From assembly GCA_963840885.1 (NCBI GenBank), contig CAWJAN010000005.1:12887-76886 (forward strand): a stretch of DNA of 64,000 nucleotides, given 5' to 3'. The notes under the pieces were generated by a model. It worked only from the letters and a program-made list of their open reading frames with translations, did no database searches and had not been told where the DNA came from. The DNA comes from an uncultured bacterium (lineage in GTDB: Bacteria > Patescibacteriota > Minisyncoccia > Phycocordibacterales > GWA1-40-21). This document shows, piece by piece, positions 28,101 through 36,579 of the stretch. The translations under genes were made by a program, and so were the position numbers. Numbering within the stretch: the stretch's first letter is position 1; each line of letters begins with the position of its first letter.

Positions 28101-30854
28101 ACGATTCCTCCGGTAATTACAATAAACGGATCGAGCACTGTAAACGTATTCCAAAACTCTACATATACGGATCAGGGCGCGACAGCATTCGACAATGTTG
28201 ATGGAACGACAAGTGTAAGCATCTCATTTAACGATGTAGATACTTCGGCTACCGGAACATATTCCGTCGTATATTCTTCAACCGATTCTTCAAGCAATAC
28301 GGCATATGCTACGAGAACCGTAGATGTCATCGGAGCGCCGGGCGACGTAGTTCCTCCAGTCATCACCATCACAAACGGAACGCCGACAACGGTTTTGCAG
28401 AATTCAACATATGTTGATGACGGCGCAACCGCATTCGATAACGTTGATGGTACGACTTCAGTTGCAACCATCTTCAATGATGTCGATACTGCAGCTACCG
28501 GAACATATTCAGTAGTCTATTCGGCAACGGATACTGCGGGAAATAATTCGCAGGCGACGAGGACGGTGGATGTTATTGCCGGACCAACCGACAATACGCC
28601 TCCAGTCATCACCATCACAAACGGAACGCCGACAACGGTTTTGCAGAATTCAACATATGTTGATGACGGCGCAACCGCATTCGATAACGTTGATGGTACG
28701 ACTTCAGTTGCAACCATCTTCAATGATGTCGATACTGCAGCTACCGGAACATATTCAGTAGTCTATTCGGCAACGGATACTGCGGGAAATAATTCGCAGG
28801 CGACGAGGAATGTAAATGTCGTCGAAGCTACAAGCTCAGACAATATTCCGCCTGTAATCACAATAATAAACGGAACACCTACAACTATCACAGTTGGTTC
28901 AGTTTATACGGATGCAGGAGCTACGGCATTCGACAATATTGATGGAACTACGACAGTAACGACAATCTCAAACAATGTTGATTCAAATACTGTCGGAACA
29001 TATCAGGTTGTCTACTCAGCCACAGACGTAGCTGGAAATAACGCAACGGCGACAAGAGACGTAAATGTCATAAGCGGAGCTTCCGACAATACGCCTCCAG
29101 TCATCACCATCACAAACGGAACGCCGACAACGGTTTTGCAGAATTCAACATATGTTGATGACGGCGCAACCGCATTCGATAACGTTGATGGTACGACTTC
29201 AGTTGCAACCATCTTCAATGATGTCGATACTGCAGCTACCGGAACATATTCAGTAGTCTATTCGGCAACGGATACTGCGGGAAATAATTCGCAGGCGACG
29301 AGGATAGTAAACGTAATCGATCAGGACACTGTTGCCCCAGTCATAACGATTCTTGGCAATAATCCGGAAACCATTACTCAGTACATGACATATACAGATG
29401 CAGGCGCAGTAGCATTCGATAATGTCGACGGTTCAACGACTGTAACGATAATCTCGAACAATGTTGATACTTCGGCAACTGGAACATATTCTGTCGTCTA
29501 CTCAGCAACCGATATGTCAGGCAATGCCGCAACGGCAACCAGAACAGTTAATGTTACAGCGGACACACAGGCACCTGTCATAACGATTCTCGGAAATAAT
29601 CCTGAGAATGTGTTGCTAAACTCAGTCTATACTGATGCAGGCGCAACGGCCTTCGACAATGTCGACGGCACGACAACAGTCAATGCCACAGGCACGGTAG
29701 ATACCGCAGCGACTGGCACATACCAAATCGTCTATTCATCGACTGATTCTTCAAGCAATACGGCATATGCTACGAGAACTGTAGATGTCATTGCAGCTTC
29801 AAGCTCGGCAAAACAGATTCTTTCCTTCGACTTCAACGGCCTATCACCTGCAGCAACGGGAACGATCAACCAGATTTCCGGAACTATAAATTTGACTGTT
29901 CCTTCAGGAACAAATGTTACAAATCTTGTTCCGACAATCTCATTGTCCGCAAGCGCAAGCGTCAATCCTGGATCAGGAGCGGCTAATGACTTCACAAATC
30001 CTGTCGTATATACGGTTACCGCCCAAGACCTTTCAACATCGACATACACGGTCACGGTAACAGTTGCGACAACATCGACATCGACGCCAGATACTACTGC
30101 TCCGGCAATAACGATACTCGGGTCAAATCCAGTAACGCTTACTGTCGGCTCGTCATACACTGATGCAGGCGCAACAGCATTCGACAATGTTGATGGCGTA
30201 ACAACTGTAACGATAGCTTCAAACGATGTTAATACTTCGATTGCAGGTTTGTATCATGTCGTATATACATCGACTGATTCTTCAAGCAACACTTCGTTTG
30301 CAACAAGAACAGTTAATATCATTTCGACAAGTTCAAACAGTGGGGGACAAGTAACTATATTCGGCGGAGTCCCTGGACCATACGTTCCACCGACAACTCC
30401 GACATATACCGAACCAACACCTTCAACACCAGTTGTAACCACACCGGAAACACCTGCAGCACCTACGACACCGCAAACGCCGGCAAACAATACGCCTTCC
30501 GCAGGAACGAATAACAGCATCTCCGGAACGGAAAGCTCGTCTGGCAATCAGGCAAGCGGCGCATCAAATGCTGGAAATTCCATAGATTCTGCACTTGGCG
30601 GAATAATAGGAACGACTGGTGAATCGCAGGGCGGAGGATCAACATCTGCGGAAACAGCTACGACCGCAGCATCAACGACCGCAAACTCGTCAAACAAGAG
30701 TTTGGTGGCAACAGTACTTGAAGGTTTGTCGAGCGCAAAAGCTCTCTGGACAATACTCATACTTTTGCTCATCGCAGTAGCTTCATACATAACTTTCAGA
30801 CACTATAGCGAAAACGAAAGCCAAAACCAAAGCCAAAATAAGAAAACTAAATAA
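25122..30854 (+). CDS. Giant (1910 aa) cell-surface protein. Architecture is signal/TM, Gly-rich region, tandem Ig-like (DUF5011/HYR-like) modules, PKD domain, S/T/N-rich beta-solenoid-like region, Pro/Thr stalk and a C-terminal TM anchor
   Basis: A single uninterrupted ORF. The motifs were read directly from the translation (see finding). Confidence 0.85.
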   Translation: MTTNKRNIIKMLSNVFIVVLFAVSFSSVAYADYSTTTVLNTSGSFVVPQGVTGLTFSVVGGGGGGGGGAFTFAGGGGGSASAILNTNISVTPGQTISYTVGNGGNGGYGGSMQFAGGNGTNGGSTSFGSTTVSGGFGGQGAAYGNPSSGIGGLAGGIGGSNGTNGDTFFGQRVKGGNGGSNALGTAGVGGSGNSSSYVLATAGTNGAGGGGASGWQFNSNGTADAGATGGNGSIVVSYYADLTAPVITILGSNPETITVGTPYADAGAIALDNIDGTTTVATVSNNVDINTVGTYEVVYSATDTAGNNSMATRTVNVIAAPDTIAPVITILGSNPATTTVGSTYVDAGATAFDNVDGTTTVNIASNDVDTNATGTYSVVYTSTDSSGNTATATRVVIVGVASPVDTTAPTAPLISTTTAATGTITLSEDIAWFDSTDLESGVAYYLYLWDNSSATVLSTTTAGVSTTTSTTTNLTAFGTYWFHVAAVDNAGNVSLTTTYGPFLISDSNVLYVNSTIGGTLYSLFSPSLAEAAIASTTGATTIVNSSISVWWDINDSNVINTTVNDVAMNLVDATNSTLINDDIGNCQIINSDVENYYLRNCYVAFSVLDPSTLYSFTNSTSTNSQIYASNIDSSTIDHSYVATSTIGNSNISFSTTTDSTVASSTISNGSIISSSTVEISTVDNSNVSSSTVSTSTVTDSSIVNSTFTNSASDNSTTTDSAVDTSSLTNSTVSSSSATNSTITDSTLTNSTSTDSTITSSNLDTVVVASSTIASSTIADATITDAIIIDNTIYSGTITYNGTTTVISTSTPLGSLIEYAPVAAFSVATSNLQMNITDNTVDLNSGTVFPDSWTYMWDFGDGTSTTVLASTTGQNISYTYATSGTYTVSLTVTDGYGKVSTTSSQVTIVNNPDTIAPVITILGSNPDSVVAGTTYTDAGATAFDNVDGTTTVATISNNVDTLTLGTYQVVYSATDTAGNNATATRTVNVVSAPDTIPPVITINGSSTVNVFQNSTYTDQGATAFDNVDGTTSVSISFNDVDTSATGTYSVVYSSTDSSSNTAYATRTVDVIGAPGDVVPPVITITNGTPTTVLQNSTYVDDGATAFDNVDGTTSVATIFNDVDTAATGTYSVVYSATDTAGNNSQATRTVDVIAGPTDNTPPVITITNGTPTTVLQNSTYVDDGATAFDNVDGTTSVATIFNDVDTAATGTYSVVYSATDTAGNNSQATRNVNVVEATSSDNIPPVITIINGTPTTITVGSVYTDAGATAFDNIDGTTTVTTISNNVDSNTVGTYQVVYSATDVAGNNATATRDVNVISGASDNTPPVITITNGTPTTVLQNSTYVDDGATAFDNVDGTTSVATIFNDVDTAATGTYSVVYSATDTAGNNSQATRIVNVIDQDTVAPVITILGNNPETITQYMTYTDAGAVAFDNVDGSTTVTIISNNVDTSATGTYSVVYSATDMSGNAATATRTVNVTADTQAPVITILGNNPENVLLNSVYTDAGATAFDNVDGTTTVNATGTVDTAATGTYQIVYSSTDSSSNTAYATRTVDVIAASSSAKQILSFDFNGLSPAATGTINQISGTINLTVPSGTNVTNLVPTISLSASASVNPGSGAANDFTNPVVYTVTAQDLSTSTYTVTVTVATTSTSTPDTTAPAITILGSNPVTLTVGSSYTDAGATAFDNVDGVTTVTIASNDVNTSIAGLYHVVYTSTDSSSNTSFATRTVNIISTSSNSGGQVTIFGGVPGPYVPPTTPTYTEPTPSTPVVTTPETPAAPTTPQTPANNTPSAGTNNSISGTESSSGNQASGASNAGNSIDSALGGIIGTTGESQGGGSTSAETATTAASTTANSSNKSLVATVLEGLSSAKALWTILILLLIAVASYITFRHYSENESQNQSQNKKTK
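28353..28562 (+). repeat. Intragenic direct repeat, copy A (~210 bp, identical to B and C)
   Basis: Begins CCTCCAGTCATCACCATCACAAACGG and ends GCAGGCGACGAGG. Confidence 0.8.
28599..28808 (+). repeat. Intragenic direct repeat, copy B
   Basis: Same sequence as copy A, offset by 246 nt (82 codons). Confidence 0.8.
29094..29303 (+). repeat. Intragenic direct repeat, copy C
   Basis: Same sequence, 495 nt downstream of copy B. Three identical antisense ORFs in the ORF track confirm the identity. Confidence 0.8.
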
Positions 30855-30880
30855 TATAGTCTAAGAAAGTTTTGTAAGAC

Positions 30881-30918
30881 AAAATCGCCGGCACAAAAAG
30901 TGCCGGCGATTTTGCTTT
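30881..30918 (+). terminator. Rho-independent terminator of the giant gene
   Basis: ATCGCCGGCAC-aaaaa-GTGCCGGCGAT 11-bp stem followed by a T tract. Confidence 0.65.
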
Positions 30919-30950
30919 ATAATTTTTTTAAAAATGCTAAAGTGATTCCT

Positions 30951-32048
30951 ATGTCATTATCGATAGGAATAGTCGGACTTCCAAATGTGGGAAAATCCAC
31001 TCTTTTCAACGCTCTCACTAGAAAGAGCGTTCTTGTCGCAAATTATCCTTTCGCAACTATAGATCCGTCTGTCGGCGTAGTTGCTGTGCCTGATGACAGG
31101 CTTTTCAAGCTTTCTGAATTTTCCAAATCGGCAAAAACCGTTCCGGCCGCAGTGGAGTTCGTTGATATCGCCGGGCTTGTGAAAGGCGCATCCGTTGGGG
31201 AAGGGCTTGGAAATAAATTCCTTACCAACATAAGAGAGACCGATGCGATAGCGGAAGTTGTCAGGATTTTTGAAGACGACAATATAATCCACGTCGCAAA
31301 TAAAATCGAGCCGCTCTCCGATATAGAAACGATAAATCTCGAGCTTATCTTGGCTGATCTGCAAACTGTTACAAAAAGACTTTCAAATCTTGGAAGCGAA
31401 ATCAAAAAGGGAAGCAAGGTTGCCATAATAGAAAATGGGGCGCTGGAAAGGCTTAAGACCGCCCTTGAAGCCGGGAAGCTCGCAAATACTGTAACGTTTG
31501 ATGAAAAAGAAAACGCCGAAATAAAAAAGCTTGGCCTTATCACCATGAAGCCCATCCTTTACGTTCTGAACAAAAAATCGGGAGGAAAAAATCTGGATGA
31601 AATGAATGACGGAAGATTTGCCGGACTTATAAAATTTTTTAAAGATAATAATTTCAAATATGTGGTTGTGGATGCGGGAATCGAGCAGGAGCTAAAAGAT
31701 ATGGAAGGGAAAGATAAGACAGAAATGCGCGAAGGGCTCGGAGTAAAAGATGACGGAATAAACGAACTTATAAAAGCCGGCTATGATTTGCTCGGCCTTA
31801 TCACTTATTTCACTACCGGAGAAGATGAAACCCGCGCCTGGACCATTAAAAAAGGATGGACGGCGCCGGAAGCAGGAACCGCCATTCACGGCGATTTCAA
31901 AGAAAAATTTGTTCGCGCCGAAGTTATTGAATGGAACAAATTGCTTGCCGCCGGCTCATATGGAGCGGCCCGCGAAAAAGGTTTGGTACGTACTGAAGGA
32001 AAAGAATATACCGTCAAAGATGGCGATGTCATAGAATTCAAAATATAA
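30951..32048 (+). CDS. ychF: Ribosome-binding ATPase YchF (Obg-family GTPase)
   Basis: MSLSIGIVGLPNVGKSTLFNALT and a C-terminal TGS domain. The start is at ATG 30951, downstream of the terminator. Confidence 0.85.
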   Translation: MSLSIGIVGLPNVGKSTLFNALTRKSVLVANYPFATIDPSVGVVAVPDDRLFKLSEFSKSAKTVPAAVEFVDIAGLVKGASVGEGLGNKFLTNIRETDAIAEVVRIFEDDNIIHVANKIEPLSDIETINLELILADLQTVTKRLSNLGSEIKKGSKVAIIENGALERLKTALEAGKLANTVTFDEKENAEIKKLGLITMKPILYVLNKKSGGKNLDEMNDGRFAGLIKFFKDNNFKYVVVDAGIEQELKDMEGKDKTEMREGLGVKDDGINELIKAGYDLLGLITYFTTGEDETRAWTIKKGWTAPEAGTAIHGDFKEKFVRAEVIEWNKLLAAGSYGAAREKGLVRTEGKEYTVKDGDVIEFKI

Positions 32049-32073
32049 AAAGCCCTCAGAACGAGGGCTTTCT
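32047..32073. terminator. Terminator hairpin
   Basis: AAAGCCCTC-agaac-GAGGGCTTT. Confidence 0.5.
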
Positions 32074-32286
32074 TGTAAAAAAATCATTTACAAATAATTC
32101 CAGCTGGATTTCTAATATTTCTTTTTTTGCGCTGCCGACATGGTCTATATCAAGAACAGGGGCAGACGATGATTTTTTGACTTCTTTGAAACCTCCTCCT
32201 ATGATATATGCGATAAAAGAAAAAATACCAAGAAAAGAGATTAATGCTGCCAAACCGCCAAAAAAACAAAGAATGTTATGGAACAT
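32056..32286 (-). CDS. Small membrane protein (76 aa)
   Basis: Two predicted TM helices; it lies downstream of the YibE/F gene on the minus strand. Confidence 0.3.
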   Translation of the reverse strand: MFHNILCFFGGLAALISFLGIFSFIAYIIGGGFKEVKKSSSAPVLDIDHVGSAKKEILEIQLELFVNDFFTRKPSF

Positions 32287-32368
32287 TTCAGGTCCTTTGA
32301 ATGCGAGGTGAAAAGAACGGAATGCTTTTTATATTATATTACTTTTTCCTGACGGAATAAAGTCCGTA

Positions 32369-33541
32369 TTAAAAATGGCTAGTATGAACTTTTTTAATTT
32401 TTTCTTCTTCTTTTTCAATCTCATCTTTGCCAGCCAAAGTCCTTTTTTTCTTCGCCAAAAGATTTATCGCTATGATTGTAGTAATCGGCACAGCAAGAAT
32501 TATTCCTATGGAACCCATCAGAATCCTTACGATTTCTGCGGAAAAAAGTTCTCTGTTCACTATATTAGCCGCACCAGCTGGATCGGAAACATAAAATAAA
32601 AGAAGCAGGGGAAGTGCAACGCCAACATAAGCTATCGCGAGAGTATTGACGAGAGCGCCTATATGCTCGCGGCCTATTCTTATTGCCCGTTCATAAATCT
32701 TGTTTTTTGAAACGTCCGGAGCAATACGCAGAAGCTCTTCCACGGCAATCGCCTGGCTTATCGCTATGTCGTATAAAACTCCGAGAAGGCCGATTATTAT
32801 TCCGCTAAATAAAATTCCGAGCATATCAATGGAGCCTTTGGTATTAAGATTCAAAAAAGTGGCTTCTTCCGTGCCGAAACCCGTAAGCCGCGTAAAATGC
32901 ACCGCCCAATATGACAGAAGTCCTGTAACCACAACCGTCACTATCATGCCAGCGACGGCGGCTGAGGTCGTCTTATTGAAGCCGTGAGTAATGTAAGACC
33001 CGACAATTATTATTATGGATGCAACACCTATGGTAATAAGGACTGGGGAATTGCCGTGTAAAATTCCCGGCAAGAGAACATAGAAAATAAGAATGAAGCT
33101 GAAGATAAGACTGAGAAGCCCGCGCAAGCCTTGGATTCCGCCGAACAATAAAAGTATTATCAAAAAAATAATTGCTAGCACTGCCAGCTGGGGAAGCCTG
33201 TATGGCTGGTCTACTGAATAATAATCTTTTCCGTCAAACTGGCTTGAGGTGTGGTTCAGGTAAAAAATTTCTCCAACATTAAGATTTATATAGTCGTTGT
33301 CTACTGTTACTGTCTGTCCAGCTTGGCTGCCTTCAAGCACTTTTACGTCTATGACCTGGGAAGTTTCCGTTATGTCCGTGCCTACGACTTGTTGGGTTCC
33401 CTGGCTTTCTATTTTAATCACCTGCGCCTTCACCACCTCTACCTTGTCCGGAACTACTTCGCCAGCGCTTTGTGCATGCACTATGCCTGAAAATGAAAAA
33501 GAGGAAAGAATAAGCAATCCTGTAAAAAATAATCTTTTCAT
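32369..33541 (-). CDS. YibE/F-like polytopic membrane protein with an N-terminal extracytoplasmic domain
   Basis: Signal peptide, a soluble domain of about 110 aa, then about 8 TM segments. The family call is by architecture and motif resemblance only. Confidence 0.45.
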   Translation of the reverse strand: MKRLFFTGLLILSSFSFSGIVHAQSAGEVVPDKVEVVKAQVIKIESQGTQQVVGTDITETSQVIDVKVLEGSQAGQTVTVDNDYINLNVGEIFYLNHTSSQFDGKDYYSVDQPYRLPQLAVLAIIFLIILLLFGGIQGLRGLLSLIFSFILIFYVLLPGILHGNSPVLITIGVASIIIIVGSYITHGFNKTTSAAVAGMIVTVVVTGLLSYWAVHFTRLTGFGTEEATFLNLNTKGSIDMLGILFSGIIIGLLGVLYDIAISQAIAVEELLRIAPDVSKNKIYERAIRIGREHIGALVNTLAIAYVGVALPLLLLFYVSDPAGAANIVNRELFSAEIVRILMGSIGIILAVPITTIIAINLLAKKKRTLAGKDEIEKEEEKIKKVHTSHF

Positions 33542-33670
33542 ATATGTAATATTAACTTTTTAAGAATATTTTGTATATGCATTTTTTCCGAACGACGCTT
33601 GCATATATGCTTATAAATGGTATTATCTTAACCGTAACTTTAACACTATTTTTAACCATAGGGGAAAGCA

Positions 33671-34405
33671 ATGAACCATTTATTACCGATTCTGCTGTCA
33701 GCTGCAACATTTGTTTCAACATTCATAGGCGGCCACATAGCAATCAGATACAAAAAGTGGCTTCACTATATAATGTGCTTTACCGCCGGAGTCCTTATCG
33801 GTGTCGTTGCATTCGATATCTTTCCGGAAATCGTCAGTATTATAAAGGAAAATAATTTCGATGCGACCGGCGTTTCAATCGCAGGCATTATCGGATTTAT
33901 TCTTTTCTTTATTTTTGAGACGAAAATCCTTATGCATCATTCGCATGAGGATGAGTACGGGGAGCATAAGCATCCGCATGTAGGCATAGCATCTGCTATT
34001 GCTCTTGCGGGACACAGCTTCATGGACGGCGTCGGCATCGGACTCGGATTTCAGGTAAATCAAGCTGTCGGTATTCTGGTCGCAATCGCAGTGATTGCCC
34101 ATGATTTCACGGACGGCATGAATACTGTGACACTTGTCCTCCTGAACAAAAATCACGAGAATACCGCAAAAAAGTTTTTGTATATAGATGCTATTGCGCC
34201 TATTCTCGGGGTTGTCTCAACATTGTTCTTCCATCTGCCGGAAAGCTTTTTGGTTTTGTACCTGGGCTTTTTTGCAGGATTCCTGTCTTACATAGGCGGG
34301 AGTGACATCCTGCCGGAAGCGCATAGCGAGGGAAGTTCTAATACAAAAATCGCTCTTACGCTTTTCGGCTTGCTCTTTATTTTCATCGTAACTCGTTTTG
34401 TATAA
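33671..34405 (+). CDS. ZIP-family divalent metal transporter (ZupT/GufA-like)
   Basis: His-rich loop HHSHEDEYGEHKHPH and the TM motifs AGHSFMDGVGIG and AHDFTDG. Confidence 0.7.
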   Translation: MNHLLPILLSAATFVSTFIGGHIAIRYKKWLHYIMCFTAGVLIGVVAFDIFPEIVSIIKENNFDATGVSIAGIIGFILFFIFETKILMHHSHEDEYGEHKHPHVGIASAIALAGHSFMDGVGIGLGFQVNQAVGILVAIAVIAHDFTDGMNTVTLVLLNKNHENTAKKFLYIDAIAPILGVVSTLFFHLPESFLVLYLGFFAGFLSYIGGSDILPEAHSEGSSNTKIALTLFGLLFIFIVTRFV

Positions 34406-34493
34406 ATGTTTTACGAAAAATCCATGCTTGTCTTTACGGCGGCATGGATTTTTTATTTTTTCAGGAAGTGATATAACATAAGATATAAAAAAG

Positions 34494-35636
34494 GTGGAAA
34501 AACAAGGAAAAAAAGTATTCGTCGGCCTTTCAGGCGGGGTGGACAGCTCCGTCTCTGCCGCACTACTCAAAAAAGCCGGGTATGATGTCACCGGTGTATT
34601 CATAAAGGTATGGCAGCCTGATATCGGAGAATGCACCTCGAAGCAGGACCGGCTCGATGCGATGCGTGTCTGTGCAAAGCTTGATATTCCATTCTTTACG
34701 CTTGATCTCGAAAAGGAATACAAGAATGAGATTATCGATTACATGATAGCCGAATACAAAGCCGGCAGGACGCCGAATCCTGATGTCATGTGCAACAAAT
34801 ATATAAAATTCGGAGGATTCTTCAGATGGGCATTACAGCAAGGCGCGGATTTTGTCGCTACCGGACACTACGCGCAAGTACGCAGAATTACAAACCCCAA
34901 TAATAATCATTCTCACATTCTTACGAATGAGGTATATGTATTCGAACTTCTGGCGGGCGCCGACAAAAATAAAGACCAGTCGTATTTCCTCTGGACGCTG
35001 ACACAGCATGAGCTTTCAAAGACGCTTTTTCCGATAGGCCATCTGGAAAAACCGGAAGTCAGGAAGCTTGCGGAAAAATTCGGCCTGGCGACGGCGATTA
35101 AAAAAGATAGCCAGGGACTTTGCTTCATCGGCAAAATAGACATGAAAGATTTTCTCAAGATGTATATAAAAGAAAAAAAAGGAAAAGTGCTGAACGAAAA
35201 GGGAAAAACTATAGGCGAGCATGACGGCGCATATTATCTGACAATAGGGCAGAGGCACGGATTTAAAATCACGGAAAAAACCCCGGAAGACAGCCCTTAT
35301 TACGTGGTTTCAAAAGATATAAAAAATAATACCGTCACGGTCTCGCAAAAACCGCCTGTCTCGGAAAAAGAATCAAATATCATTTCTCTTGAAAAAATAA
35401 GCTGGATATCCGGCAATGAACCAGACTTGTCGAAACCTGTCCGGCCAGGAAAATATTCGGCAAGAATCAGGTACAGGCAGCCGCTTGAGGAATGCAGAAT
35501 AGTTAAAAGTTCAAAGCCAAAAGCTGAAAATCTAGAACTTCATTTCACGAATCCGCAAAAAGCCGTAACGGAAGGCCAGTCTGCCGTAATTTACGACGGA
35601 GAAATCTGCCTGGGCGGAGGAATTATTTGCCAATAG
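34494..35636 (+). CDS. mnmA: tRNA 2-thiouridine(34) synthase
   Basis: PP-loop VFVGLSGGVDSSVSA and the conserved MnmA core. Confidence 0.85.
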   Translation: MEKQGKKVFVGLSGGVDSSVSAALLKKAGYDVTGVFIKVWQPDIGECTSKQDRLDAMRVCAKLDIPFFTLDLEKEYKNEIIDYMIAEYKAGRTPNPDVMCNKYIKFGGFFRWALQQGADFVATGHYAQVRRITNPNNNHSHILTNEVYVFELLAGADKNKDQSYFLWTLTQHELSKTLFPIGHLEKPEVRKLAEKFGLATAIKKDSQGLCFIGKIDMKDFLKMYIKEKKGKVLNEKGKTIGEHDGAYYLTIGQRHGFKITEKTPEDSPYYVVSKDIKNNTVTVSQKPPVSEKESNIISLEKISWISGNEPDLSKPVRPGKYSARIRYRQPLEECRIVKSSKPKAENLELHFTNPQKAVTEGQSAVIYDGEICLGGGIICQ

Positions 35637-35661
35637 GCTTTCGTTTGCTATTATAAACTAC

Positions 35662-36537
35662 ATGACAGACTTCTACGTAGTTAAATCGACAGGAGAAAAA
35701 CAGCTCTTTGACTATGGAAAGCTTGAGAGCTCGCTCCGCCGATCAGGTGCCGACGAACAGCTCATTGAAAGCATCGTCAAAGAAGTGAGCGAGACCGCCT
35801 ATGACGGAATGACGACAGAAGAAATCTACAAGAAAGCGTTCTCTATACTCCATCAAAAACATAATCCGGCAGCTATCAGATATTCTTTGAAAAAAGCCGT
35901 GGCCGAGCTCGGGCCTACAGGCTTTCCGTTCGAAAAATTCGTGGCGGAAATATTCAAAGCGCAAAATTATGAGACCCTTACAGACCAGATAATACACGGC
36001 AAATGCGTGGACCACGAGGTAGATGTAGTTGCCTGGAAAGACAATGACCTGATAATGTGCGAGGCAAAATTCCATACTGATTTCGCCTTGAAATCGGATC
36101 TTAAAGTGGCTCTTTACGTAAAAGCCAGATGGGACGATATTCTTGGAAAGCCATACACCTACGGCGGAAAGCAGCTTAAGCTTACGGAAGGGTGGCTCAT
36201 TACCAATACGAAATTCAGCTTATCGGCAATAAAATACGGCTCATGCATTCCGCTCTTCAAGCTTGTCGGATGGAATTATCCTTACGATAAGAATCTCCAT
36301 TACCTTATTGAAAAATACAATCTTATTCCGGTAACTGCGCTTACATCGATTAATACCGCTGAAAAAAACGCGGTAATAGCCAAAGGTATGATTCTTTCTA
36401 AGAATCTTCTTGATCCTAAAGTTTTCGAAGGGATGAGCTTCAGCGATGGAAAAATAAAAACCATACAGGATGAGGTGAAAGACCTGGTATCTCAGTCTGA
36501 GCTTCATTACGAACAAAGATACGGAAAGGCAAAATAA
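35662..36537 (+). CDS. ATP-cone domain fused to a Mrr-like (PD-(D/E)XK) restriction endonuclease domain
   Basis: The N-terminal ~90 aa match the ATP-cone pattern (VVKSTGEKQLFDYGKL...TTEEIYKKAF). Downstream is FEKFVAEIF...VDHEVDVVAW...CEAKFH (D..E.K). Confidence 0.6.
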   Translation: MTDFYVVKSTGEKQLFDYGKLESSLRRSGADEQLIESIVKEVSETAYDGMTTEEIYKKAFSILHQKHNPAAIRYSLKKAVAELGPTGFPFEKFVAEIFKAQNYETLTDQIIHGKCVDHEVDVVAWKDNDLIMCEAKFHTDFALKSDLKVALYVKARWDDILGKPYTYGGKQLKLTEGWLITNTKFSLSAIKYGSCIPLFKLVGWNYPYDKNLHYLIEKYNLIPVTALTSINTAEKNAVIAKGMILSKNLLDPKVFEGMSFSDGKIKTIQDEVKDLVSQSELHYEQRYGKAK

Positions 36538-36565
36538 AACCCCGCAAAATCTGCGGGGTTTCTTA
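36537..36565 (+). terminator. Rho-independent terminator
   Basis: AACCCCGCA-aaatct-GCGGGGTTT followed by a T tract. Confidence 0.6.
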
Positions 36566-36579
36566 ATATGAACGAAAGT

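Noticed and set aside
25330-30790. Numerous 60-150-aa ORFs on both strands inside the giant gene (for example 27032-27490 and 29732-30187), plus repeated sequences that could superficially suggest a CRISPR array
   Set aside because: They are frame-shifted or antisense shadows of a continuous 5.7-kb coding ORF with a repetitive S/T-rich translation. The direct repeats are 210 bp long, contiguous, in frame and protein-coding. They are not 25-40-bp repeats separated by unique spacers, and no cas genes are present.
30900-30950. Upstream extension of ychF (ORF-track start at 30900)
   Set aside because: It lies within the terminator hairpin of the giant gene. The conserved YchF N-terminus (MSLSIGIVGLPNVGKST) starts at 30951.
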